From Novosphingobium sp. (GTDB lineage: Bacteria > Pseudomonadota > Alphaproteobacteria > Sphingomonadales > Sphingomonadaceae), in the NCBI GenBank assembly GCA_039917735.1, contig JBDSIY010000102.1:3888-67887 (forward strand): 64,000 nt of DNA, read 5' to 3'. The notes beneath the pieces are model-generated. The model was given only the letters and a program-made list of their open reading frames with translations. It had not been told where the DNA came from and made no database searches. A program made the position numbers and the translations under genes. The stretch's first letter is position 1, and each line of letters starts with the position of its first letter. Below, one piece after another: positions 19,119-28,029 of this stretch.

Positions 19119-19673
19119 CTACCAGCGTGCGCCGGGGCCGCCGACGACGTAGGGCCGCTGATAGGACAGATCCTGGCGGTCGCGCGTACCTTTCAGGAAT
19201 CCCTTCACGGGGGGCGTGTGCAGCCAGCTGGCGTCGCCCTCCATCGCCGTTTCGACGGTCGAACGGCGCCACAGGATGCGCCATTCGCCTTCGCGCTTCT
19301 CGAGCTGGTCCATGTAACGACCGGCCGCCATCGTGCAGGTGAGGCCGTCGTGCGAGAGCATCGTGCCGACGACGTAGGTCTCGCAATAGGCGGTGTCGCC
19401 ATCGATCTCGCAGAGGTGGTTCGCGAGATTGTGCTGATTCACCGAGAAAGCGCGGACATGTCCCTTGTTGGCGATTTCCGGGTACTCGGTGGCGGGAATG
19501 GGGACCGCGCCATGCTCGTCGGCGCCCTCGGGCCAATAGCAGCTCGCCGTAACTTCAGCGTCGTGCCGGTCGCGTCCCCGCGATTCGCGGACGATCACGT
19601 CGAGGATATCCTGCCGGTCCTGCAATCGTTGCAGAGCGGTTTTCAGCTGCGTCAGTTCGTTTTCGAGATCCAT
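19119..19673 (-). CDS. SnoaL/NTF2-like family protein (SnoaL_4, LinA/BaiE-like)
   Basis: DRQDILDVIVRESRGRDRHD...QHNLANH..EIDGDTAYCETY...GRYMDQLEKREGEWRI. Confidence 0.85.
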   Translation of the reverse strand: MDLENELTQLKTALQRLQDRQDILDVIVRESRGRDRHDAEVTASCYWPEGADEHGAVPIPATEYPEIANKGHVRAFSVNQHNLANHLCEIDGDTAYCETYVVGTMLSHDGLTCTMAAGRYMDQLEKREGEWRILWRRSTVETAMEGDASWLHTPPVKGFLKGTRDRQDLSYQRPYVVGGPGARW

Positions 19674-19789
19674 GCCAGGTTCCTTTCCCAATCAGTTGGG
19701 ATAGCGCCCAAGATCGCTCGTGTCGACGACGGGCGGCCGTTGCTGACCGTGCCGGTCTCGACATCATCGCGGGGCCGGTAGCGCAGCGG

Positions 19790-20089
19790 TCCGCTTTCAT
19801 TGCGGTCATTTCCCCTCCGCCGCCCGGCACCACGACTACGGCGTGCCGTTCGCTTTGCCGGCGCGGGGAAGCAATGGATAGAGCGCTGGGCTCGCGACGT
19901 TCCGCACGTTGCTCCGGTCGAACATCCGCTTCCATTGCTCGGCCGGGCCGCTGGCGGCCGCGCCCAGCGGAATGCTCTCGCGAATGCTGGGGCGAACCGG
20001 CTCGAGCTGGGTTCGCGGTGCGTTCGGCGGGGCTACCGCAAGATGCGCGGGAGCAAACAACAAGGCGAGGTCAAGGATAAGGCATTCAT
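19790..20089 (-). pseudogene. Frameshifted, truncated alpha/beta-hydrolase (paralog of the 27121-28029 esterase)
   Basis: Joining three frames gives MNALSLT/LALLFAPAHLAVA...EQWKRMFDRSNVRNVASPALYPLLPRAGKANGT/AVVVVPGGGG. This aligns by eye with VRNVSGATLTPFLPPAGAGTGAAVIVAPGG of the intact esterase. Two 1-nt losses; similarity ends after PGGG. Confidence 0.72.
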
Positions 20090-20138
20090 CGCGTTCGTTC
20101 CCAGTAAATGACTGGTGATCGCAACATGGAATGGCCGT

Positions 20139-21608
20139 TCAAGCCAGGCCTCGCTCTCGCGTCCGGACAGCGGCGAGTTTGGCCTGATCGATCCGGAAGG
20201 TGCCGACCAGGAAGGCCATCGCGCTGCCCGCGACGAGGATCAACGTCAGCACGAACCAGGCCAGTGCGTTCACCTTGTCGGCCGGCATCTGCTCGACCGA
20301 CAGGCCCGCAGGAAAGTGGATCAGGCCGAGGAACGAGCCGGCGAGCAGCGCCACCGCGCCGCTGCCAAGCTGCAGGCCGATGAACATGAAGCTGGCGACC
20401 AGGCCCTGCGCCGGCCGGCCGGTGTCTGCCTCGTGCTCGTCACCGATGTCATAGGTTACGACGTTGAACGGGACCACGTAGAGCCCGTAGGCAACACCGC
20501 CAAGGAAGCGGATGGCGAAGATGAAAGCGCCAATCGCCGCGGTCCCGGGCGGCGGCGAGAGGCCGGCGAGCGGCAGTAGCACCGCGCATGCCTGAATCAT
20601 GAAGAACGCGCTCAAGCCAAGCATCATGGCCCGCCGGCTGCCAACCGCACGGAGGAACGCGGGCGCCACGATCATTGCCGCGAGCGTGCCGAACACCCCC
20701 GCCATCAACAGCCGCGGCGTCCAGGTGCCGTCGAGCTGCCAGAAGTAGGTCGCGAGATGCAGCGACAGCTGGTTGATCACCGAGTTGGTGAACAGGACCA
20801 GGAAGGCCACCAGCAGCAGCCGACCGATGTTCGGCGTGGTCCTTACCGCTACCGCGAACCTTTTGAAGATCGCGACGATTCCCGTGTCTCCGCTTTCCGA
20901 CGGCGTTGCCGCCATCGCCTCGATTGCCCGCGCACGTCGATAGGTCCCGACTGCCCCGATCAGCATCAACACGCCGCCGAGCAGGGCCACGAACAGGCCG
21001 AAGCCGGGGTAGGGGGCGGGATTGAGCTGCGGCTTGGGGAAAGCAGCGGTGTGGACGAAGAACACACCGAAGGCGATCGCAGGGACCGAGAGGATGACCA
21101 GCTGGTTGCCAAGATTGCGCAGCACGGCGATGATCCGCCGCTCGGCCTGCAGTTGCGACAGCTCGCCGCCGAGCGCGTAGGCGGGCACCGTCCAGAACGA
21201 TATGCCGCATCGCGCCAGCAGCCCGAATCCGAGCAGCCAGGCGAGGATTGACGGCTGGCTCATCCCTTCTGGGGGCGAGAAGACCCCGGCGATGCCGATC
21301 ATGAACGGAATGATCGCCGCGAACATCAGCGTGTGGCGACGGCCGAACCGCGCGCCGGTTAGCCGGTCGGACAATCCACCGATCCACGGATCGACGATCG
21401 TGTCGAAGGCGATGATCACCGCGATGGCAGTGCCGATCAGCAACCCGTCGAGGCCGACCACCTGGGCATAGAAGAACAGCACGAAGGCGTCCCAGGCGAA
21501 GGCCTTGAGCAGCTCGGGCATGGCGCAGACCATCCACGCCAGCCGCTCTGGCCATGACAGCCTGTCGCTTATGGCGGGCGCAGTTGCGCCTGCTCCAACA
21601 ATCGCCAC
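20139..21608 (-). CDS. MFS transporter (GPH/MFS_2-like)
   Basis: DTIVDPWIGGLSDR, RFGRRH, about 12 hydrophobic segments; GTG 21608 has a GGGAGAG RBS (track start 21635). Confidence 0.88.
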   Translation of the reverse strand: MAIVGAGATAPAISDRLSWPERLAWMVCAMPELLKAFAWDAFVLFFYAQVVGLDGLLIGTAIAVIIAFDTIVDPWIGGLSDRLTGARFGRRHTLMFAAIIPFMIGIAGVFSPPEGMSQPSILAWLLGFGLLARCGISFWTVPAYALGGELSQLQAERRIIAVLRNLGNQLVILSVPAIAFGVFFVHTAAFPKPQLNPAPYPGFGLFVALLGGVLMLIGAVGTYRRARAIEAMAATPSESGDTGIVAIFKRFAVAVRTTPNIGRLLLVAFLVLFTNSVINQLSLHLATYFWQLDGTWTPRLLMAGVFGTLAAMIVAPAFLRAVGSRRAMMLGLSAFFMIQACAVLLPLAGLSPPPGTAAIGAFIFAIRFLGGVAYGLYVVPFNVVTYDIGDEHEADTGRPAQGLVASFMFIGLQLGSGAVALLAGSFLGLIHFPAGLSVEQMPADKVNALAWFVLTLILVAGSAMAFLVGTFRIDQAKLAAVRTRERGLA

Positions 21609-21655
21609 AGCCGCTCTCCCGATTTTGCACGCCACGGCGGGGCGGGCGCGTCAAT

Positions 21656-21671
21656 TAGAATATATATTCTA
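21656..21671. promoter_or_regulatory. Palindromic operator, copy 1 (TAGAA-N6-TTCTA)
   Basis: TAGAATATATATTCTA, a perfect palindrome upstream of the MFS gene. Confidence 0.8.
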
Positions 21672-21700
21672 TATTGAAAACCGGAGTCAACCGTCCGTGG

Positions 21701-22381
21701 TTAGAAGGTCGCTTTCAGATAGGCGAGGCACATCCGGCCGAGTTCGCGCTTGAGCAACGTCCAGTCGGTGCTCTGCGCCGATTCACCGGTCGAACCGAGG
21801 CTGAGTTCGCGTGCGAGTGTCGCAAAAATGATCTGGTGGGTGGCCCGTGCCTTGGTCTCGTGATCATCGCCGCCAAACTCGTCACTATAAGCCAGCATCG
21901 CGCCTGCCCCGAGCCGCGCCGACCGAAAGGCGCTCTCCTTTCCCGGCCCCGAAACGAGCGGATCGAACGACGCGCGCTCCATCGACAAGCGTAGCAGCGG
22001 CGCGTTCAGCTTGAGCACCTCGGCATAGGCTTCGACATAACGCGGCACGAAGTCGGCCAGCGAGGTTGACGATGCGCGCAGCTCCGCCAGCATCCGATCC
22101 TCGTCGACGACAATTCCTTCAAGCGCATTGGCGATCACGGCGCGGACGAGGTTCTCCTTGCTTTCGAAGCGGAGGTAGATCGATCCGATCGATACCTTGC
22201 CCCGCTGGCTGACGTCCTGGAGGGTAAAATCCTCACTTCGCAGTTCAAGCATAAGTTCCCGCGCCGCGCCGAGCATGCGTTCAAATGAGGCCTGGCTGCG
22301 GCCTTGCCGCGGCTTGCGGCTGACGGTCTCAACCGCGAAGGCTGGAGCTGGGGACGGTTTCTTTTTCGAAGCTGTTGACAT
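21701..22381 (-). CDS. TetR/AcrR family transcriptional regulator
   Basis: PRQGRSQASFERMLGAAREL...FTLQDVSQRGKVSIGSIYLRFESKE HTH. Confidence 0.92.
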   Translation of the reverse strand: MSTASKKKPSPAPAFAVETVSRKPRQGRSQASFERMLGAARELMLELRSEDFTLQDVSQRGKVSIGSIYLRFESKENLVRAVIANALEGIVVDEDRMLAELRASSTSLADFVPRYVEAYAEVLKLNAPLLRLSMERASFDPLVSGPGKESAFRSARLGAGAMLAYSDEFGGDDHETKARATHQIIFATLARELSLGSTGESAQSTDWTLLKRELGRMCLAYLKATF

Positions 22382-22407
22382 CGCTGCCAGCCAGAGATTA
22401 TCAAAAC

Positions 22408-22423
22408 AAGAACGTCAATTCTA
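22408..22423. promoter_or_regulatory. Palindromic operator, copy 2
   Basis: AAGAACGTCAATTCTA in the divergent tetR / LLM intergenic region. Confidence 0.65.
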
Positions 22424-22467
22424 ATTTGAACGCGGGCAGCGAAAATGTGCCGCAAGGGAGAAAATGG

Positions 22468-23565
22468 ATGCGTTTCTCGGTGTTCCTCAATGCCCGTTCG
22501 CTCGGCCCGGACGAAGATCGGCAGTTGATGAAATCGCTCGAGCGCCACGCGCTACGCGCCAGTGAGGGCGGGTTCCAGGCCATCTTCATGCCCGACCACC
22601 ACTTCAACGGCTATATGCCGATGGCCAGCGACAGCTTCATCTACGCGGCCTACCTGGCGGCGAAGATGCCGCACATGCATTTCGGCTTCTCGGTCGTCTC
22701 CGTGCCGCTGCATCATCCGGTGCGCTTCACCGAGCGGGTCAGCATCCTCGACCAGCTGACCGACGGCAAGCTGCTGGTGGGGATCGGTTCGGGCACCACG
22801 CCCGAGGAGATGATCGGCTTCTCGGTCAACTACAAGGAAGCCAGCGCCCTAGCCGAGAAGAACCTGGCCACAGCCGAAGAGCTGTGGGCCAAGCGGATGG
22901 AAGACCCGGCGGTGGTGATCGACAACGGGCCGTACCAGGGCCGCGTGCTGCAGCGGATCACCCCGGCGCCCTATACACCTGGGCACGCCCGGCTGATGCC
23001 GGTAGCGATGAAAGAATCGAGCGCCCGCCGTGCGGCGGTCAACGGCTGGCCGGCGTTCATCCCCGCGTTCACCCCCCCGCAGATATTCGGCAACGAACCG
23101 TACAAGCACGTCAAGAAGTTCTTCGACATCTACAAGGGCATGCTGCTCGAGGCCGGGCATAGCGATGCGGTCGTCGCCGAGGCGCTGGGATGGACCACGC
23201 ACACCTACCAATGTGTCCATGTCGCCGAGAGCGAGGACCAGGCGCGCGAGGAGCTGGAGGTGATCCTGCGCGGCTATCAGGATGCGATCGACCGCGAAAA
23301 CGAGTTCAACGCCCGCGCCGAGAGTGATTCGCCAAACAAGAAGAGCGACGTCAATGTCACCGCGCTCGACGAGGGCTGGATCGGGACCTGGTGCCTTTAC
23401 GGCACGCCTGAGAAGCTGGTCGAGGAGCTGCGGCCCTACGCCGAGCTCGGTATCGGCAACGTCCTGTGCGGAACCACCACCGGTCCGCTCACCGAAAAGC
23501 GGCTCGCCTACGCCGACCAGACGCTCGACCTGCTGTCGCGCAAGGTCATTCCGGCGTTTTCATAA
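22468..23565 (+). CDS. LLM-class flavin-dependent oxidoreductase
   Basis: MPDHHF, HHPVRFTERVSILDQLTDGK, CLYGTPEK. Confidence 0.88.
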   Translation: MRFSVFLNARSLGPDEDRQLMKSLERHALRASEGGFQAIFMPDHHFNGYMPMASDSFIYAAYLAAKMPHMHFGFSVVSVPLHHPVRFTERVSILDQLTDGKLLVGIGSGTTPEEMIGFSVNYKEASALAEKNLATAEELWAKRMEDPAVVIDNGPYQGRVLQRITPAPYTPGHARLMPVAMKESSARRAAVNGWPAFIPAFTPPQIFGNEPYKHVKKFFDIYKGMLLEAGHSDAVVAEALGWTTHTYQCVHVAESEDQAREELEVILRGYQDAIDRENEFNARAESDSPNKKSDVNVTALDEGWIGTWCLYGTPEKLVEELRPYAELGIGNVLCGTTTGPLTEKRLAYADQTLDLLSRKVIPAFS

Positions 23566-23576
23566 GCGAGGTAGCC

Positions 23577-24746
23577 GTGCTCAACGTCGGGATTGTCGGG
23601 GCAGGGGCGATCGCTCCGCCCTATTACATGGCGGTAGCGGCTTGGCCGCAGCTGCGCTTCCTCGCCTGCACCTCGCGCCGGATGGAGAGCGCGAGGAGGA
23701 TGGCGGCGCAGCACGGGGTTGCCGCCGTTCCGTTGGCGACGATGCTCGCGGACCCCGCGATCGACACGATCGTCAACTTGACGCCGATCCAGGCTCATTA
23801 CGCGACGAGCAAGGCGATCCTCGAGGCCGGCAAGCACCTGTATTCGGAGAAACCGCTGGCGGCGACCGTCGCCCAGGCGCGCGAGCTGCTGGTGCTGGCT
23901 GAGGCGCGCGGGCTGCGCGTCGGCTGCGCACCCGACACATTCTTCGGCTCTGCGCATCAGGAGGCGCGCGCTGCAGTTGACAGCGGTGCGATCGGCACGC
24001 CGGTCGGCGCCGCGCTGTTCCTCGGCACAAGCGGCTGCGAGGCCTGGCATCCCTATCCCGAACCGTTCTACCAGACTGGGGCGGGCCCGGTCGCCGACCA
24101 TGCGCCCTACTACTTGACCCAGCTGGTCAATCTGCTCGGCCCCGTCGCGGCGGTCACGGCGATGAGCACCCTCCCGGCGAAAGTGCGCACGCTCGGCAAC
24201 AAGGCGCGTGCGGGCGAGACCATCGTCAGCGAGGTCGATACAACTGCCTCTGGCGTAATCGAGATGGAAGGCGGTCAACTCGTCACATTGACGATGTCCT
24301 GGGACATGGGGCCGCACGGGCGCAATCCGATCGAGGTCTATGGCACCGGGGGATCGCTGCACAACCCGGACCCGAACTGGTCGGACGGACCGGTGCGGGT
24401 GGTATCGGCAGAGGGCACGGTACGCGACCTTGATCACACCGACCGCGCATTCTCGCGGCCGACGATGATCACCTTTCAGGGCAATCCCGTCGCCTATTAC
24501 CGGCTTTGCGGGCTTGCCGACATGGCAGATGCGATTGCACAGGGCAGGCCGCATCGGGCCAGCGGCGGGCTCGCGTTCCACGTCCTTGAAGTAATCGAGG
24601 CGGTGCGGTTGAGCAGTGAGCTAGGTCGGCGAATTGAAATCGCCTCGCGTTGCGAGCGGCCCGCGCCGATCGGCGACGACATCTCTGATGCGGCAACCAT
24701 CAAACCCTTCGGCGAGGAGCTGCTCGATGCGCGAACCCTCTTTTGA
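23577..24746 (+). CDS. Gfo/Idh/MocA family NAD(P)-dependent oxidoreductase
   Basis: NVGIVGAGAIA Rossmann motif, GKHLYSEKPLA, RVGCAPDTFFG, GPVADHAPYY; GTG start. Confidence 0.92.
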   Translation: MLNVGIVGAGAIAPPYYMAVAAWPQLRFLACTSRRMESARRMAAQHGVAAVPLATMLADPAIDTIVNLTPIQAHYATSKAILEAGKHLYSEKPLAATVAQARELLVLAEARGLRVGCAPDTFFGSAHQEARAAVDSGAIGTPVGAALFLGTSGCEAWHPYPEPFYQTGAGPVADHAPYYLTQLVNLLGPVAAVTAMSTLPAKVRTLGNKARAGETIVSEVDTTASGVIEMEGGQLVTLTMSWDMGPHGRNPIEVYGTGGSLHNPDPNWSDGPVRVVSAEGTVRDLDHTDRAFSRPTMITFQGNPVAYYRLCGLADMADAIAQGRPHRASGGLAFHVLEVIEAVRLSSELGRRIEIASRCERPAPIGDDISDAATIKPFGEELLDARTLF

Positions 24747-27096
24747 CGAATGCTGCGCGCTGACCGCGGGCGCGGCGATGTGGGCGAGCGTTGCGGTGCC
24801 GGACGCCGGCATCCCCTCGTTCACCATGGCAGACGGCCCGATGGGCATTGCCAGCGGCAACGTCGACGAGCGCGAAATCTCGTTGCTCACGCCATGCCCG
24901 ACAGCGCTTGGCGCCACCTGGGACGTGGAGATCGTGCGCAAGATCGGCGGGGCGGTCGGCAGCGACGCGGTGGCACGGGGGATTGACGCCGTGCTCGCGC
25001 CGAATCTCAACCTCGCGCGCAGCCCGCTCGCCGGCCGGGCATTCGAGTATTTCTCGGAGGATCCGCTGCTCGCCGGCGTGCTCGGCGCAGCGTGGATTGG
25101 GGGTTTGCAGGATACCGGGACCGGCGCCGTCGCGAAGCATTTGGTCTGCAACGACAGCGAAACCGAGCGCGATCGGATCGACGTGCAGATCGATGAGCGA
25201 ACGCTGCGTGAAGTGTATCTGCTGCCGTTCGAGCTGGCGGCGGAGGCTGGCTGCGCGGGGATGCTCGCCGCTTACAACAAGGTCAACGGCAGCTGGTGTT
25301 CCGAACAAAACCACATCCTCACCACCATCCTCAAAGGCGAGTGGAACTTCCAGAACCTGGTGATGAGCGACTGGTTCGGCACCCATTCGACCGAGGGCAC
25401 GATCGCCAGCGGGCTCGACCTGGAAATGCCAGGTCCCGGCCGGTTCTGCGGCTCCAAGGTCGCCGAAGCTGTCCGATCCGGCGCCGTGACTCGCGAGCGG
25501 GTGGAAGACGCGGCGCGCCGGGTGGCTGCTACCGCGCGACAGGTTACGAGTCGGAAGAGCGATCCCCTGCCGCCCGCCGAGGCTCAAGCCGTCCTTGAGG
25601 AAGCGGCGGGCGAAGGCTTCGTGCTGCTGCGCAACCAAGGGGACATGCTGCCGCTGGTCCCGGGGGCGGTGAAGCGGATCGCGGTAATCGGTCCAAACGC
25701 GGCGGCGCCCTGCTACCAAGGCGGAACCTTCGCCAAAATAGCCGTTGCGCCCAACACGCCTACCCCGATCGACGCCATCCGTGCTCGCTATGGGGAACTG
25801 ACCGGGATCGTCTTCGAGCCCGGCGTCGATCCTCAGCCGCGGCTGCCGGCAATGCCGGCGCGCCCGGCGCGCGACCTGGGTGACGGCTGCCGCGCGGGGA
25901 TGACGATCGACTATTTCCCCAGCACCGATTGCTCGGGTGAGCCGCTGTTCAGTGAGACGCGCAGCACCAATTCGCTGGTCTGGTTCACCGGCCAGCATAC
26001 CCAGGGACGGTTCGATCAGCCCGGCTCGATCCGCGCCAGCGGTCGATTTGCCGTGGCCCAATCGGGTACCCACCGACTTTATCTTGGCGCCACGGGTCCG
26101 GCCCGGATGCTCGTCGACGGGTGCGACGTGTTGAAGGCCGGACGAGAACTCCCCGCGAGCGACGTCATGGGAGTGCTGAAAAGCGGCGACGCCGAAATGA
26201 TTGGGATCGAGTTCGAGGCAGGACGCGAGGTGCTGATCACCGTCGAATTCCGTTACGACGCGGCCCGGGTTCACGGGCTGTGGTACGGTATCCGCGCGCC
26301 GGACAGCGCCGAGGCAATGCTCGCGCGCGCGATCGAGGCGGCGAAGTCGGCCGACGCCGTGTTCCTGATCGTCGGCGAAACTTCCGATTCGAGCGTCGAG
26401 AGCAAGGACCGTCCCGACACCAAATTGCCGCCCGAGCAACTACGGCTGATCGAAGAGGTCTGTGCCGCCAACTCCCGCACCGCCGTGGTCGTCAATGTCG
26501 GACATGCCTTCGATGCGGAATGGGGCGAGCAGGCCGCGGCGTTGATGGTCGCCTGGTATCCGGGGCAAGGCTTTGCCACGGCGCTCGCCAGCGTGCTTGC
26601 CGGAGAACGCGAGCCCGGCGGGCGGATGCCGGTCAGCATCGCCCGGCGCGAGGCCGACTATTGCGGCTACGCGCTACAGCCGGACGCGGATGGCCGGCTT
26701 GCCTACGCTGAAGGAACGCTGCTCGGCTATCGCGGTCTGATCGCCAACCACACACCGGCGCGGCACGCCTTGGGCAGCGGTTTCGGCTATGCGCGTTTCG
26801 GGCTGGCCGGCGTCGCGGCGGGGGATGGCGAAATTTCGGTCACGGTCCGCAATGTTTCCGATCGTGCGGGCGCCGAAGTGATCCAGCTTTATCGCGATGC
26901 GCCTGAGTGCGCTCTCGTCGGCTTCAAGAAGGTACGGCTCGCTGCTGGCGAGCAGCGCCGGGTGACGATCCCGGTCGAGCGCCGCGCGCTGCGGAGCTGG
27001 CGGGACGGCTGGAGGATGCCCGATGCGCCGGTCGCAATACGCGTCGCGCGCTCGGCCGAAGATGTAGGAACCACGGTGGAAGTGACGGTGGCGTGA
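24727..27096 (+). CDS. GH3 beta-glucosidase with PA14 insertion, no signal peptide
   Basis: ADGPMG, LAPNLNLARSPLAGRAFEYFSEDP, KHLVCND, VMSDW nucleophile motif, FN3-like C-terminus. Confidence 0.92.
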   Translation: MREPSFDECCALTAGAAMWASVAVPDAGIPSFTMADGPMGIASGNVDEREISLLTPCPTALGATWDVEIVRKIGGAVGSDAVARGIDAVLAPNLNLARSPLAGRAFEYFSEDPLLAGVLGAAWIGGLQDTGTGAVAKHLVCNDSETERDRIDVQIDERTLREVYLLPFELAAEAGCAGMLAAYNKVNGSWCSEQNHILTTILKGEWNFQNLVMSDWFGTHSTEGTIASGLDLEMPGPGRFCGSKVAEAVRSGAVTRERVEDAARRVAATARQVTSRKSDPLPPAEAQAVLEEAAGEGFVLLRNQGDMLPLVPGAVKRIAVIGPNAAAPCYQGGTFAKIAVAPNTPTPIDAIRARYGELTGIVFEPGVDPQPRLPAMPARPARDLGDGCRAGMTIDYFPSTDCSGEPLFSETRSTNSLVWFTGQHTQGRFDQPGSIRASGRFAVAQSGTHRLYLGATGPARMLVDGCDVLKAGRELPASDVMGVLKSGDAEMIGIEFEAGREVLITVEFRYDAARVHGLWYGIRAPDSAEAMLARAIEAAKSADAVFLIVGETSDSSVESKDRPDTKLPPEQLRLIEEVCAANSRTAVVVNVGHAFDAEWGEQAAALMVAWYPGQGFATALASVLAGEREPGGRMPVSIARREADYCGYALQPDADGRLAYAEGTLLGYRGLIANHTPARHALGSGFGYARFGLAGVAAGDGEISVTVRNVSDRAGAEVIQLYRDAPECALVGFKKVRLAAGEQRRVTIPVERRALRSWRDGWRMPDAPVAIRVARSAEDVGTTVEVTVA

Positions 27097-27120
27097 TCCG
27101 CGCCTGATCCGGCTGGCCGG

Positions 27121-28029
27121 CTATGGTTTTGCCTTCAGAAACCCGTTGGTCTGCAGCCAGCGGCGAAAGCCTTCGATCCAGTCGACCGTTGTCGTGCCCG
27201 CCTTGCCCAGGCCGAAGCCGTGGCCGCCCGACTGGTAGAGGTGGAATTCGGCCGGGATGCCCGCGCGCAGCCAGCTTTCGACAAGACCGAAGCCCTGTTT
27301 GGCGAACAGGGGGTCGTCTGCCGCCAGTACCGCGTAAAGCGGAGGCGCTTTCGCCGGCACTGGACCAGCGGCGAACCTGCCGTAGATCGGCGCGATGAAC
27401 GCCGGCATCGCATCCGGCGCCGCGGCCCGGGCGACGCTCAGCGTGGTGAAGGCGCCGGCCGAGAAGCCCATCATGCCGACGCGGTTCGGATCGATGCCCC
27501 AATCGCGCGCTCTGACGCGCACCAACCGCATCGCCGCGAGGCCGTCCGCGAGCGCCTCGGGCGGCGTGTCCGCCGGGGGGCGGAAGCTCGCGGGCCCCCT
27601 GCCGTTTCGCATCGCGATCACTTCGCGGCGGAATGCCGCCGGGTCGGCGGGCGTGGGTAGCACGCGGTATTTGAGCACGAACGCGGCAACGCCGTGGTCC
27701 GCCAGCCACTGGGCGATGCGGAAACCCTCCTCCTCGATTGCCAGGCCGAGGAAGGCGCCGCCGGGCGCGACGATCACCGCCGCGCCTGTGCCGGCTCCCG
27801 CAGGCGGCAGGAACGGCGTAAGCGTGGCTCCCGACACATTGCGGACCTGGAGAGACCCGTTTTGCCGAAACCAGTCCTCGCGCGGCTGACCCCGGCCGGT
27901 GCCGAGCGGGATAACGCCGGGGTAATCGGCCGGCGCGGCATCGCTGAACTGCATGATGACGGATTCCTGCGCGATGGCTGGACCGATGCCCGTCAGGGCG
28001 AATGCAAGCGCGGTCAGGAGGAGCTTCAT
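27121..28029 (-). CDS. Secreted alpha/beta hydrolase (BD-FAE/acetylxylan esterase-like)
   Basis: Signal peptide MKLLLTALAFALTGIGPAIA; VAPGGAF, GFSAG, DDP, GGHGFG. Confidence 0.85.
   Translation of the reverse strand: MKLLLTALAFALTGIGPAIAQESVIMQFSDAAPADYPGVIPLGTGRGQPREDWFRQNGSLQVRNVSGATLTPFLPPAGAGTGAAVIVAPGGAFLGLAIEEEGFRIAQWLADHGVAAFVLKYRVLPTPADPAAFRREVIAMRNGRGPASFRPPADTPPEALADGLAAMRLVRVRARDWGIDPNRVGMMGFSAGAFTTLSVARAAAPDAMPAFIAPIYGRFAAGPVPAKAPPLYAVLAADDPLFAKQGFGLVESWLRAGIPAEFHLYQSGGHGFGLGKAGTTTVDWIEGFRRWLQTNGFLKAKP

Noticed and set aside
24700-26439. 579-aa ORF antisense to GH3; likewise 54542-56368, 57123-58922 and 63235-63987
   Set aside because: Shadow ORFs opposite clearly conserved genes.
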